This document shows, piece by piece, positions 17,488 to 32,366 of a stretch of 64,000 bases of DNA; positions within the stretch are counted from its first letter, which is position 1; each line of letters begins with the position of its first letter. Origin of the DNA: the human T2T-CHM13v2.0 reference genome, Homo sapiens; NCBI RefSeq assembly GCF_009914755.1, contig NC_060935.1; one strand, written 5' to 3'. The notes beneath the pieces were generated by a model. It was not told the origin of the DNA. It did no database searches and saw only the letters and a list, made by a program, of their open reading frames with translations. The position numbers and the translations under genes are program-made.

Positions 17488-18745
17488 TGACACAACGAGG
17501 CCGTCTCAGCACCCGCAGCCTCCACCCCAGACACAACGAGCCTGTCTCAGTGCCCCCAGCCTCCACCCCAGACACGAGCCTGTCTCAGCACCCCCAGCCT
17601 CCACCCCAGACACAACGAGGCTGTCTCAGCACCCCCAGCCTCCACCCCAGACACGAAACTGTCTCAGGGCCCCCAGCCTCCACCCCAGACATGAGGCTGT
17701 CTCAGCACCCCCAGCCTCCACCCCAGACACAACGAGGCTGTCTCAGTGCCCCCAGCCTCCACCCCAGACATGAGGGTGTCTCAGCACCCCCAGCCTCCAC
17801 CCTAGACACAACAAGCCTGTCTCAGCACCCCCAGCCTCCAATCCAGACACAACGAGCCTGTCTCAGCACCCCCAGCCTCCACCCCAGACACAAGGCTGTC
17901 TCAGCACCCCCAGCCTCCACCCCAGACATGAGGCTGTCTCAGCACCCCCAGCCTCCACCCCAGACGTGAGGCTGTCTCAGCACCCCCAGCCTCCACCCCA
18001 GACGTGAGGCTGTCTCAGCACCCCCAGCCTCCACCCCAGACACAATGAGCCTGTCTCAGTGCCCCCAGCCTCCACCCCAGACACGAAACTGTCTCAGGGC
18101 CCCCAGCCTCCACCCCAGACATGAGGCTGTCTCAGCACCCCCAGCCTCCACCCCAGACGTGAGGCTGTCTCAGCACCCCTAGCCTCCACCCCAGACGTGT
18201 GGCTGTCTCAGTGCCCCCAGCCTCCACCCCAGACACAATGAGCCTGTCTCAGGGCCCCCAGCCTCCACCACAGAAACTAAGCTGTCTCAGGGCCCCCAGA
18301 CTCCACCCCAGACACGAGCCTGTCTCAGCACCCCCAGCCTCCACCCCAGACACAACGAGCCTGTCTCAGCACCCCCAGCCTCCATCCCAGACACGAGCCT
18401 GTCTCAGCACCCCCAGCCTCCACCCGACACAACGAGCCTGTCTCAGCACCTGCAGCCTCCACCCCAGACACGAGCCTGTCTCAGCACCTGCAGCCTCCAC
18501 CCCAGACACGAGCCTGTCTCAGCACCTGCAGCCTCCACCCCAGACACGAGCCTGTCTCAGCACCCCCAGCCTCCACCCCGACACGAGCCTGTCTCAGCAC
18601 CCCCAGCCTCCACCCCAGACACGAGCCTGTCTCAGCACCCCCAGCCTCCACCCCAGACACGAGCCTGTCTCAGCACCCCCAGCCTCCACCCCAGACACGA
18701 GGCTGTCTCAGCACCTCCAGCCTCCACCCCAGACAAGAGGCTATC
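17488..18745. repeat. Large intronic VNTR, ~32 units of 38/41 bp GACAC(AAC)GAGCCTGTCTCAGCACCCCCAGCCTCCACCCCA
   Basis: Continuous periodicity with variant units; copy number estimated from length. Confidence 0.97.
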
Positions 18746-19201
18746 TCCTGAGGAGCCTCTGGTGCCATCTCACTGCCTACCTAATGCTCTGAAACGGAAA
18801 TGAGTGTGGCAAATCTCTGGTTAATAGACCCACTCTCCCAGGATTAGTGAGAAGGCTGGAAGCAGGCGGGCTCTGTCTCCTGCTGAGACACCCCTCTCCT
18901 CAGAGGGTAATGGAAGGTCAGCCCCGGCAGGGTCCACTGCCCACGGCTCAGCAAGAACCCCCCAAGGCAGGGCCTGGGATTGTCCCTCAGCCAGGAACGC
19001 AGGCACCTGATCCTCCGGCAAAGCTGGGGCCCCTCAGAGGCTGTGCAGACGACAGGCTCCCCATAGCCTTGCGGACATCCTTACCCCCACTGCAGTGCGC
19101 CTCCCAGCCTCCCTTCACACAGCTCCTTGTCTTCCTGCTGCTGCCAGGCCTCCCAGGAGGGAAGCAGACAGAGGAGCCTCTTGGACACATCCGGTGGGGG
19201 G

Positions 19202-19367
19202 CACACTGAGGGGTGCTGGCTGAGGGAGTGGGGTCTGGGCACCAGGATCCAGTGGGCGACCACATTGAGGGGTGCTGGCGGAGGGTGTGGGGATCTGGGC
19301 ACCAGGATCCAGTGGGGAACCACACTGAGGGGTGCTGGCGGAGGGTGTGGGGGTCTGGACACCAGGA
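19202..19367. repeat. Tandem repeat, ~2.8 copies of 59-60 bp
   Basis: CACAYTGAGGGGTGCTGG at 19202, 19261 and 19321. Confidence 0.92.
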
Positions 19368-20536
19368 AACAGGACTCCAGGGCTCTTCTGGAGCCGGGGC
19401 CTGGGAGCAGTTCCGGGAAGAGCCTTGGACTGCTGCCTCCCAGCCAGTGAGTCCCTCAGAGCACAGTGGGAGGAGCGGCAGGGCTGCAGAGGCTGGAGCC
19501 ACTCACAGGGGCAGGGCCTGTACCGGCTCCAGGCTGAGGGTCCTCTGAGCCCCTGGGCAGGAATCCTGCCCTACCCCTCATGGGCTCCGCCTCAACAATG
19601 TCCCTTCCCTCCCTCAAGCTTAAGATCTGTGTGGGGACGCTGCCCCAGGTGGGCAGAGCCTGGACCTGCAGCTCCTTTGCCCACAGCAGCAATGGGATGA
19701 AAGTGCCATGGCTGCTGCAGGGGACACCATGCAGCCTGAGCTCAGGCCCGGGCTCTTAAAGCCCAACCAGAACTACCTCAGGTGGTGGGGGCGGGGGAGC
19801 CGATTCCAGAACCCACGGCTCACACAGAAGGCTGAAGGGCTGGACAGCTGCCATAGGGCTCTGCTGTCCAGGCACCCGCGGTGGAGACCGCGCCAGCCTC
19901 GCTCGTTGCAACCAGTGGAGTGAGAGGAGTCCACCTGTCCTGAGCATGTCAAGGACGCCCCCTACCAACATCCTGGGGAGCAGTACTGTCCCCCTGCTAT
20001 CTTTTGCGGGGCAGTCGCCCACTTTGGCAGAACAGGGAAGGTAGCTGTTTCGGTGAGTTGGCAGGGCTGCTTGGGCAGGACCAAGGAAGGGCCATTCCTC
20101 AGGGCTGTGGTCAGTCCAGTCCAGGCCAGGTGGGGGAGCCATGGCACTTCCTATCACTCCCTCCGTTCCTGGTCATGTGGCCCACAGGGAGTGGGAACCC
20201 GCGAGGGTCATGGGTGGGCTGGGCTCTGATGTGGCAAAAGGAGGCGTGAGGGAGTGCTGTGGCCGCCTCCCGGTGGAGTGGACTGCTACAAAGCCTGGGG
20301 GCCTGGGAGGCATTCCCCAGAGGCCGCCATGGCGGTCCACACCACGGGTCCTGGCCGTGCTCAGGGACACCCCCAGGAAGGCTCCCCGAAGCTCAGTGAG
20401 GAGTTTCTGCTTGTGTCCAAGCTCAACCTGCTGTCACCATCTGGGCCATCTTTCTCTTGCCAAGACCTCATGAATGAGGGTCCTCGAGTTCCTCTGACCG
20501 CCCAAGGGAGGCATCAGGCCTGGCGCAGCAATGCGC

Positions 20537-20619
20537 TCGGAGCCGGCTGCCTGCCACAGGCTGCTTCCACTTTTCTGTTCGGAGCCGGCTGCCTGCCACA
20601 GGCTGCTTCCACTTCTCTG
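20537..20619. repeat. 42-bp tandem duplication
   Basis: TCGGAGCCGGCTGCCTGCCACAGGCTGCTTCCACTT at 20537 and 20579. Confidence 0.92.
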
Positions 20620-20772
20620 AGCAGGTGTCCATCTTTTGTGCAGCCCCGTCCCCACCCCAGGCACAGGGACTGTGGAAGGAAGGCCCTCCCCAAACCCCTG
20701 GTCTTTCCTCCAGCCTCCTTCAAACACCAGGGCCAGGAGGAGGGCCACCCACCACCACCTGTGCCCACTCAC

Positions 20773-20834
20773 ACGCGCTTCTGGCTTAGCAGCTGGTTCC
20801 AGACCTCCACCACGAAGCCATCGAAATGCTGGTT
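20773..20834 (-). CDS. CHID1: CHID1 coding exon NQHFDGFVVEVWNQLLSQKR(V), carrying the degenerate GH18 catalytic motif
   Basis: TTCTTTCAG| acceptor, GT|GTGAGT donor, 62 nt phase 0/2. Confidence 0.96.
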
Positions 20835-21436
20835 CTGAAAGAAGCAGTCACAGGTGAGGAGGGCCTGGAGGCCCAGGAGGGATGGGTGGAAAGACAAGAA
20901 GCCCGCCACCTCGGCCCACATGGTCAGGTTGTGGCCTGGTCACTCACGAGGCAAGACCCAAGCCTGGGCTGTATGCCCAGAAGGGCCTGTCTGAAGGAGG
21001 AAGTGTGGGGGTCCCAGAGGAACAGGAGTGGAGGGGCCAGTGGTCTCGTGCATTCTGCCCACCCATGCACCTCCCCCAACCCCACCCCGGGGGTCTGGGG
21101 GCTCCCTGACCCGAGGCCCAGGCATACTGGCAGCCAGCAGGGCTGGGTCCCCTCCCAGGAGGGTAGCAGGCAGCTGGGCTTTGCCCAAGGGAAGAACCCT
21201 GGCCCAGCAGACAGGTCTCCCATGCCTGGGACCTCCAGAGGACCCATGGTCAAGAAAGCGAGCAGCAGCCTGAGCCTGGCTGATGCTGCCTTCCCTGGAA
21301 GATGGGGGCTGCACCAGAAGGTGCCCAGGGCAGAAGACAGAAAAGCCGAGTGGAGGCCTCGCGGGAGGCCCAGCCAGACGGCCAGGTGGGACCCGGGGGG
21401 CTGTGCTCAGAGGCTGGAGCAGCACACAGGTCTCAC

Positions 21437-21543
21437 CTTTGCCACCTGGACCACGGTCTTGCTCAGCTCCTCTATCTCATCCTCACTGTCTAAGACGTTC
21501 CGGAAATCATCGTAAGTCCAGTCCTCAAACAGGAGCCGAGGCA
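21437..21543 (-). CDS. CHID1: CHID1 coding exon (V)PRLLFEDWTYDDFRNVLDSEDEIEELSKTVVQVAK
   Basis: CCCCTGCAG| acceptor, AAG|GTGAGA donor, 107 nt phase 1/0. Confidence 0.97.
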
Positions 21544-22368
21544 CTGCAGGGGCAACAGACACACACGGGGGCCGTGACTGGGAGATGCTGGAGGGCCCCT
21601 GCTGTTTGCTGCCTCAAAAAGGCATCCCCTTGGCCTCCAGAGGGAAGTGAGACCAGACAGTGAGGGGCAGGGAGGCCACCTGGAGCACCCACATGTCCAG
21701 AGAGGATGTCCCAGAGCCTCACAGGCTGGAGAGGGAGGGGTGGTGGGGAAGGAGCGAGCAGACACTGACAGTCCTGGTCCCCTGACACCAGCTCCCCACA
21801 CAGCTCAGCATGGTTGTGGCCCCACCTTACAGGAGGGAGGCTGGGACAGACTCTGGCTGCTCCAGCTCAGCCCTGTCACCTGCTTCTAGCATCCCCCAGA
21901 GTCTCTCCCTTGGCAACTTGTGCTCTTAATCCACTGCCTCTGAGGCTGCTACTGGACGTGGGGACACATGTCCCCCCTTCCCCAGCCGTGAGCTACAGGG
22001 GCACAGATGGGCCAGGGTCAGCATCACCCTCAGGCCAAGCCCAGGGCTTGGCCCCAGCTGCCCTGATAGGACTCATCATGTGAATGAAGGAAGAAATGGG
22101 ATTGAGAACAATTAGGGCAATGCCACTGGCCAAGGAGGTGCTGGCTTTGGAGGGCCACAGCCTGTGTGGGGAGGAGAGCTCAGGACTCCAGCCAGACTAA
22201 GGGCTGTGAATGCCAGGCCAGGGCCAGCCTCATCTCTGAGCGGTCAAAGTAACCTGTGCCGCAGCAGCACAGCCGGGTGATCAGGAACACGTGGAGACCC
22301 CAGTGCCCACCTGTCCACCCCCGCAGGTTGAGCCATCAGGGCCTCCACTCCTGGCCTGCCGGACTTAC

Positions 22369-22413
22369 CTATGTGCAGGCCCTTGGCATGCTTCCTGACA
22401 GCTCGCATCCACC
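22369..22413 (-). CDS. CHID1: CHID1 coding exon (G)WMRAVRKHAKGLHI(V)
   Basis: CCCACAG| acceptor, ATAG|GTAAGT donor, 45 nt phase 1/1. Confidence 0.95.
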   Translation of the reverse strand, partial: GGCELSGSMPRACT

Positions 22414-23349
22414 CTGTGGGACATGGAGGGGACAGTCAACACAGGCACGTGCGCCCAACTGGAAGACCCAGCCTACCTGAGGAGGAAAACGTGGCAGCCG
22501 CACAATACGCAATGGGAAGGGCAGGGGCGGGCAGGCAGGTGTGAGAACCCACCCCTCCCTGGCCCAGGGCTGGCTCTCCACACCCTCTTCCTGACCCCAA
22601 CTCTCCACCCTTCTGGCCAAGGCCCCCTTCCTGACCCTGCAGAGCAGCTCTGAGCTTACCCTCCCTGAGCTGGGACAGCTCAGAGCCTGTGGCCGGCCAG
22701 GGGAACAGGCAGCTGCATCCTAGGGCCTGGGGACGGTCAGGGTTTCTCCGAGCTGAGGGATGGCCAGACCCGCCAGGCCCTGACACTGGCTGACATTCCA
22801 TCACCTCCCCACGGTTCTCTCAGTGTCAGGGAAAACCACTCCTGCTCTCTGAACTCCAAAACTGCCTAACACTTCCCCTGCCATTTCTCTCTGTCCGAGC
22901 CCAAACGCAAGGCGCAGCCACGTAAACTCGGGCAGACGTCATCAGGTCAGGATGTGCCATCAGGAGGCAGCCTCCGCCTGAACCCCACCTTCCTCCCTGG
23001 CATTGAATGAAAATCGCTGAGAGAGGGACAGAGGAGGAGAAGCCAATGGCCCGTGCCGTTTGCTGCCCAGAGGCTGCCTGAGTCATTGTAGAGCCTGTCC
23101 TGCACACGCCTGTGTGCAGCCCGGAAGTGCAAGGGAAGGCCACCCTCACAGCCACCTGGACCACACGCAGACCTGGGCGGAACACTCTGAGGCACCAACT
23201 TGGCCTTGCAGAGGGTCCCACCGTGGCGACCACCTCAGAAACCCCCTCTACCAGGCCTGCCCTGCTCCACACTCACCTTCCCACTTAGCACACCAGCCCA
23301 CACCATGGGCCTGCTCTGCCGGCTGGGCCCCAAGGGGTGAGGGCGTGGT

Positions 23350-23580
23350 TCTCACAGTCACCACACTCACACTCACACCCACTGTCTCACACTTAGACAT
23401 GTCCACACCGACAGTCACATTCAACACACTCACAATCTCTTCTCTCCCACATCATCAGTCTCACACTTACTCACATTCACACTTAAATCACGCAGAGACA
23501 CACACACACTCCCATACAGAGACACCCACAGAGACATACCTACTCACACACACACACCCCTGCTCTCGCACTCACACTCT
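23350..23580. repeat. Degenerate CA-rich low-complexity tract (UG-rich in CHID1 pre-mRNA)
   Basis: Many CACACTCACA / CACACACAC runs. Confidence 0.85.
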
Positions 23581-23625
23581 TTTCAGCCTGTGGGGCAAGC
23601 ACAGTCAAGCAGGAAGGATGAGAAC

Positions 23626-23758
23626 CTTGGTCCACGTCGTGGAGGCCCGTGACCTCAAACATCTCACGGCCACGTCTCTTCAGCTGCAGCCAGACGGGTG
23701 AGATCTGTGTGAACTTGCTCCCAAAGACCTTGGTGACATCGTAGCCATGGCTGTTCCA
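23626..23758 (-). CDS. CHID1: CHID1 coding exon WNSHGYDVTKVFGSKFTQISPVWLQ...HDVDQ(G)
   Basis: CTTTTGCCAG| acceptor, CAAG|GTTCTC donor, 133 nt phase 0/1. Confidence 0.96.
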
Positions 23759-24389
23759 CTGGCAAAAGATGGAGACATCAGACGGAGGACAGGTGAGTGA
23801 GCACCTGTCTCACCATGGTGCTGTCATTCTGGCGCCTCTGGACGTGCCCAGGGCTGGCCAGCGTAGACAGATACCAGCCCGGACTGACATCAGCTCCTGG
23901 CCTGGGGTATCCTTCTCCTACTCTGGACTGCCACTCACAGCCTGGGACCCAGGCCACGACATCCCTTTCACCAAAAGTGACTGGTGCTTGTCTTAAGCCC
24001 CACCTGGAGCTAGTGCACACCACTGCTGCAGGCTGGCAGCTGGGAACAGCAAGAGAAGAGGAGGCTGGGTGTGAGAACCCACCCCTCCCTGGCCCAGGGT
24101 TGGCTCTGCACATCCACTTCCTGACCCCAGACGACCTGCGAGCCCACCTCTGGATTCAGGGGGAACCCACAGAGATCAGCACAGCAAGCCCCTGGAGAGA
24201 CCCCCAGGGTCTTACACTCTGACATCTCCAGAATGGCATCTCTCCCACCGTAGCCTCACAGCAGCAGCAGCTCCGGGAGATCAGAACATAGACCCCCATC
24301 ACTGACTGGCCAGAAGAGGCCATCACGGGGCCAGGGCAGCCCACCTGAGCCTCAGGACCTCCCTCTGCACTGTGAGGGCCCCAACTTAC

Positions 24390-24539
24390 TGGAGTGACAT
24401 AGCCCAGTACATCCCCAGCAAAGTGTCTGTCCCGGGCCTTTGCCGAGCAGTAGCTGCGATGCTCAAGAACCACACTCTCAGCTTTGAGGTCCGTCACCAC
24501 CAAACCCCGGTCTTGCACCGGCTTATCTGAAAACTGACT
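24390..24539 (-). CDS. CHID1: CHID1 coding exon SQFSDKPVQDRG...DVLGYVTP
   Basis: TTTTATTTCAG| acceptor, CCA|GTAAG donor, 150 nt phase 0/0; GH18 beta1 VLGYVTPW motif. Confidence 0.97.
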
Positions 24540-24712
24540 CTGAAATAAAAGGAGTGAGAGAAAAGCCTCAGTCATCTGTCCACAGTGTAGAGCACAGAGC
24601 CCCACCCAGCAAGTCCCTTCCATTCAGCCAGCAGCCGAGTCTCTGGATCCACACAGTGCTGCTGACCCGGAGACCCTGTATGTTGAGGATCGAGGCCACA
24701 GCAGGCAATTCA

Positions 24713-25223
<511 letters not shown>

Positions 25224-25249
25224 AAGAACATGCCAGGCACACGCCACCA

Positions 25250-25420
25250 TGCTGGCCAACCACTGCCTGCCACCGCCCCCGCCAACGTGACCCTGCTGGC
25301 CAACCACTGCCTGCCACCGCCCCCGCCAATACGACCCTACTGGCCAACCACTGCCTGCCACCACCCCCACCAATGCAACCCTGCTGGTCAACCACTGCCT
25401 GCCACCCCCCTGGCCAATGC
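25250..25420. repeat. Minisatellite, ~4 copies of 44 bp TGCTGGCCAACCACTGCCTGCCACCGCCCCCGCCAA...
   Basis: Units at 25250, 25294, 25338 and 25382. Confidence 0.93.
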
Positions 25421-26133
25421 GAGTCTTTTCCTGCCATGTCACACCTGCCCCTACTCCACCTCTGCTCCTGGAAACCTTCCATCCAGTTATCAACTTGTCT
25501 CTTCTGTCCACACTCTGTGGCCCGGCTCAGCCTCCCCTTGACCTCGCCCCAAGCGGCCCCGTGAGAGAGAGATGTCCACTGCATGGTTTATTTGCCCCCA
25601 TACAGCACAGAGAAAGCATCTGCCAGTCCAGGACTAGGTCACAGTTACAGTCCTGTGGCAGGGTCTGGCCAGCGGCATGGGGACTGCTGGGGCTGAGAGG
25701 TGGTTCTATGAGTTTACACCCTTGAAGGTGCAATCCCCAGGGCCATCCCAGGGGAACGTCCCAAAAAGCATGAGGCAAACACAGCTCAAGGCCATGATAA
25801 AGACAGCAAGATGAAGATGCAGGTGATATAAACGAGAGGTAGAGCATGGAAACTGGCAACTGGCACATAAAACAAGCCCCACGTGGGGTGAGTGGGGAGG
25901 CACCCTGCTTGCCCTCAAAACCTGGCTCCAGAGGCTGCTCACTCAGAGGTGCTGACTGGCCAGAGCCCCAGAGCCACACAGGCCACCCACCGGCTGCGGG
26001 CTCATCAGGTGCCTTTGTGAGGAGCCAAGCCCCTCGAGCCTCCTGGCTCACAGGCCCCAGTGGACAGAAAGAAGAGGATGATGGATCAGCCCTCAGCCAG
26101 TACAGTCACCTCAAGTCCCCAGGCCACCCTTAC

Positions 26134-26244
26134 CTTCTCCAGCAGCGTCTTTGAGGCGGCTTTTTTGGCATCTGACTTTGACAGGGTAGTGTGAACAGGG
26201 CTGCAGGCCAGGGCAAGCCAGAGGAGGTTGAAGAGTGTCCGCAT
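26134..26244 (-). CDS. CHID1: CHID1 first coding exon (whole exon 26134-26287 incl. 43 nt 5'UTR); encodes signal peptide, MRTLFNLLWLALACSPVHTTLSKSDAKKAASKTLLEK
   Basis: ATG at 26244 in ACCATG context; acceptor TTTCCCTGCAG| at 26288; donor AAG|GTAAGG at 26133; 111 nt = 37 codons; translation recognised as the CHID1 N-terminus. Confidence 0.97.
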
Positions 26245-26680
26245 GGTAGGTGTGTCACAGTAGGGTCCAACCTCGGGGTCCAGAGGGCTGCAGGGAAAGC
26301 AGAGCACATTCAAACAACCGGCAGAGAAATGCAGCACATGGGCAACCCCTCTGCTGATGGGGCCACTTTCTCCTAATAGGGCCTGGGTCCTCATGGCACT
26401 GGATGGACCCTTGGCCACTGGGACAGAGCCCTGACCTGGACCAGCCCTGGCGGCCACAGTCTATTCTCCAGTACTCCTGGGCCTCCTGACTGAGCCACTG
26501 GTTCCTCCTAGATACCCAGAAAGAAGCTTCCTCACCATCAGCCACAGAACCCTCCCCTCACAGCCCAAGGCCGCCCTGACCACCACTGGCAATCTAGAAA
26601 AGCATTGGTTCCCACCTCCTCCTTCAAACCCAAAGAAAGCCAAACCATGGTAGGGCTTAAGTGTAAAATAATGAAGCCAC

Positions 26681-28928
<2,248 letters not shown>

Positions 28929-31149
28929 CTACTTTCTATCTTTCACTGGGGTTGGGGGCAGCGGCGGTGGGAGCTGAACCACCACCATAGCCCAGCCAGA
29001 CTGTTAGTCCTTCATGAAGCTTTGGGACACTGCTGGGAAGAAGCTCTTGGCTAGTTTCACAGCTCTGGCAGCACAGACCCCTCTAGACCAGCTGAGAGGC
29101 CCACACAGCCTGGGCAGAGGCAGAAAACTGACAGGTGGGGAGCTCAGCCCAACTCACTACCCAGCAGCTGGGCACATGGCCTTCCCCTTGGGTCACAGGC
29201 TCCTGAGTATATGGGAGCTCAGGCCCAAGAGGCTCCAGGAACCCCAGCCAGGCAGGTGCACCTGTCAGAAGATGCTGCCAGAGCCAGGCCTACCACAGTG
29301 CCTACCCTCCTACCCAAAAGACTCCCTGGCCAGGAACCTGTTTTCACTTCCTCTGAAACCGTCCCCTTGACCTGCTTTCTTCTGCAGAGGCACACGCTGC
29401 CCCACTTTGCCCTGTCTCTTCCCTGGGTGAGACTGGTGCTCCTGGTGCAGACTGAGGAGACTGTGGCTACCCCCAGGCAGGGAGTTTGCATGCTTTGGTA
29501 CCCAATACACCCACAACACACCTGCATAGAAAGAACACGCTCCTGGAGCAAGATCAACCAGTGAAGCTCCCCCACCTAGGAGGCAGGGAGCCACAAGACA
29601 GCCTGACCTGCAGGCTTATGGGGAGTTAGGAAGGGAACTCACAGGGCAAGCACAGCAGCACCCAGTACATGGAGCCACAGGCAAAGGCAGTGAGTGCTTG
29701 AACAGCCACGGCAGTTCCGAGAGGCTGTGCAGGGGGAATAAGAAGGCCCAGGCACAGATCACCACCCTCTGCCCCGATCAACCTCTCCAGCCCCTCTCCT
29801 CAGTGATACATCCCAGAATCAGAACCAAGGGCAGCAGCCTGCTGCCACCTCCCCTTAGCCCCACTATCTTTCTGCTGCAGCTGAGGCTTGGTCTGAGTCA
29901 GCAACAGCCCCAGGGAAGGTGGGGAGGGTTCTGGCCATGGCACAGGGAAGACGGCCCAGAATCACTTGCCTGGCCAGGCTGAAACGGTGGCTGCCTCAGC
30001 TCCCAGGCACCCAGTCTTTGACCCCAGCCCATTCCATGACCACTGGCTCCTTCTCTGTCTTCTGGGTGGAAATCTGGGTCAGGGAGGAAGGAAAGGAATG
30101 AAAAACCAAACGGTGGTTCTCCAGGGGACTGGCCCAGGAGTAACTGGAGGGCACACTCAGGTACCCAGTGACCAACCACTATAGGGCTGGGTCTCTGCCC
30201 CTACCTGCCGTCCTGCAGATTTGAAACAGGGCCACTGTCCACCCACCTAGTGGCCCCTCTGCCTATGACCTCCCTGCCCCCCAACCTGTGATTTCACACT
30301 TCAGGGAAGGAAGAGGAAAGGGTGGAAGAGGAAGACAGTCCTGCCAGCATGTGTCCAGCAGAGGGGACACTAGGAGAACCTAACTGAACACAAGGCCAGG
30401 GTACTGCCTCTGTCCACTCGCGCTTAACTTGCCCGCTCTGTGATGGAGTGCTTGGATACAGGCTGCTCACAAATGCTGGGCTGCTTCTTTGACTTGCCAT
30501 GGAACTTTCCAGACAACTGCCCCAGGGAGATGGTGTGTGTGATGTGTGAGGGGTGCTCACACTGCAACCAGGCCCTTGTCTGGGCTTTGGTACCTCTCCC
30601 GCTCCCCACTGCTCACCGGCCGCTCGGCTCTGAGGCCCGTGAGGACACTCTCCATCATGCTCTTCACATAACACAGACTCCCAGGTTCACACACACTGTG
30701 TTCCTGCATCAAACCGTTTCTTCCCCAAATGCCAATGACCTTCCCTTGGGCAGAACGGCCCCGCACACAAAGGGAATGTGTTGTGTTATGAAGAGGCACA
30801 GGCCCCGACCCTGGTCACCCAAAGGGGTCCCAGAAACCGCTCTGTAACAAGATAAGGTGGAGCGCTACTGCTCCCACTTTCCTGCGCTCCCAGTCCGTAG
30901 GTCCAGGACCTCCTCGGTGGTGTTGATGGAAATGATGGGAGTCACAGCAGGGGCTTTCCAATGCTTTTCATGGAGACCAGCAGTAAGAAATGCACTTTAC
31001 GTCACAGCCCAGCACACGTGTATGTCATGTGTGCACATGTGTTGTGCATGTGTGTACATGTGTAGAGCGACAGCAGCCAATCAGAGCTAACTCTATTCTG
31101 CGATGGACGCACTGACAACTCCTGTTCTGTTGTGTTTTGAAGAACTAAC

Positions 31150-31590
31150 TGGTGCATGGCGGCTCTGGCCTGTGATCCTAGCACTTTGGGAGGCCAGGAG
31201 TTTTTGACTGGTTTTGGCAACACAGCCAGACCTGGTCTCTACAAAAAATATTTTTCTGCCGGGCAGATCACCCCATCAGGAGTTCAAGACCAGCCTGGCC
31301 AACGTGATGAAACCCAGTCTCTAAAAAAGATACAAAAATTAGCTGGGTGCAGTGGTGTGCGCCTGTACTCCCAGCAACTCGGGAGACTGAGGCAGGAAAA
31401 TCCCTTAAGCCCAGAAGCGGAGGTTGCAGTGAACCGAGATCGCGCCACTGCACTCCAGCCTGGGTGACAGCGTGAGACTCTGTCTCAAAAAAAAAAAAAA
31501 ATTCTTAGCTGAGTGCGCTGGCGCACACCTGTAGTCCCAAGTAGCTAGGAGGCTAAGAGATTACTAGAGCCCAGGAAGTCGAGGCGGACG
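31150..31590 (+). mobile_element. Nested Alu mosaic
   Basis: Alu segments and A tail. Confidence 0.85.
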
Positions 31591-32202
31591 GGCGGGCGGG
31601 TCACCCTCCAGTTTGGACAGTCAGCAATGGAAGCTTCAAGGGTTGGGGCTGAACCAAGGGTGGGTGGGATCGCGTCTGATGCGCCCGCCCTTCACGGGGA
31701 CCGCGTGCCCCTCACTGGGAGGGCAGCCCGCCTGGAGCCCTACTGCCTCTGCTCCCTCTGGGGGTCCTGGGGACCCGATGGCCACCACTCTGCCACACGA
31801 GCCGCGCGCTCACACACTCCTCACCCGCCGGCCACATCCCTTGTCTGCGCACTCAGGCCCCTTCCACCCAGCGCGCCTAGCTCTCAGGCTTGCTCGCCCC
31901 AGCGCACGCGCTCCACCTCCCACTCGCGGTCCCCCCGACACGCGCCCCCGTCCACACTCGCCCTCCACCCCCGCTCTCGCTCACCCTCGCTCTCATAGCA
32001 ACCCTCTCTCACCCTCGTCCTCACACCCTCTCACACGCCCCCTCACACACTTGCTCTCTCTCACGCACCCGCCCGGCGTCGCCCGCGACCCCACGCCCGT
32101 CCTCCCGGGGCCGAGCCTCGCTGCCCGGCGCGCCCACTTTGCGGGAGGGAAACTGAGGCCGTGCAAGGAGGAGGAGCAGGGGCCGGCCGCCGCGGGGCTC
32201 AC

Positions 32203-32260
32203 CTGCATGTCAGGGAGGCCGGACGGCCACAAACGCACGGCCGGAAAACGCTCCAGCGCG
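32203..32260 (-). other. CHID1: CHID1 5'UTR exon 1 (5' end approximate)
   Basis: Strong donor CAG|GTGAGC at 32202 in the CpG island, just downstream of ETS and GC-box motifs. Confidence 0.8.
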
Positions 32261-32366
32261 CCGGAAGTCCCGCCCCAGGCGCCCGCGCGCCGCCGCCGCG
32301 CACGGCACGCTGGGATGGAGAGGGGCTGGGCCAGGACAGGGGACTGGGCAGGGCTGCCCGAAAGTC

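Noticed and set aside
17488-18745. PRDM9 13-mer in the VNTR unit
   Set aside because: CCTCCACCCCAGA does not fit CCNCCNTNNCCNC
17129-18792. Long repetitive ORFs (214, 278 and 197 aa) resembling a mucin-like protein
   Set aside because: Translations of the VNTR; 38/41-bp units do not preserve frame
30241-30255. CTCF-like CCACTAGGTGGGT (minus)
   Set aside because: Lacks the conserved C-R-S end of the core; weaker than the sites reported
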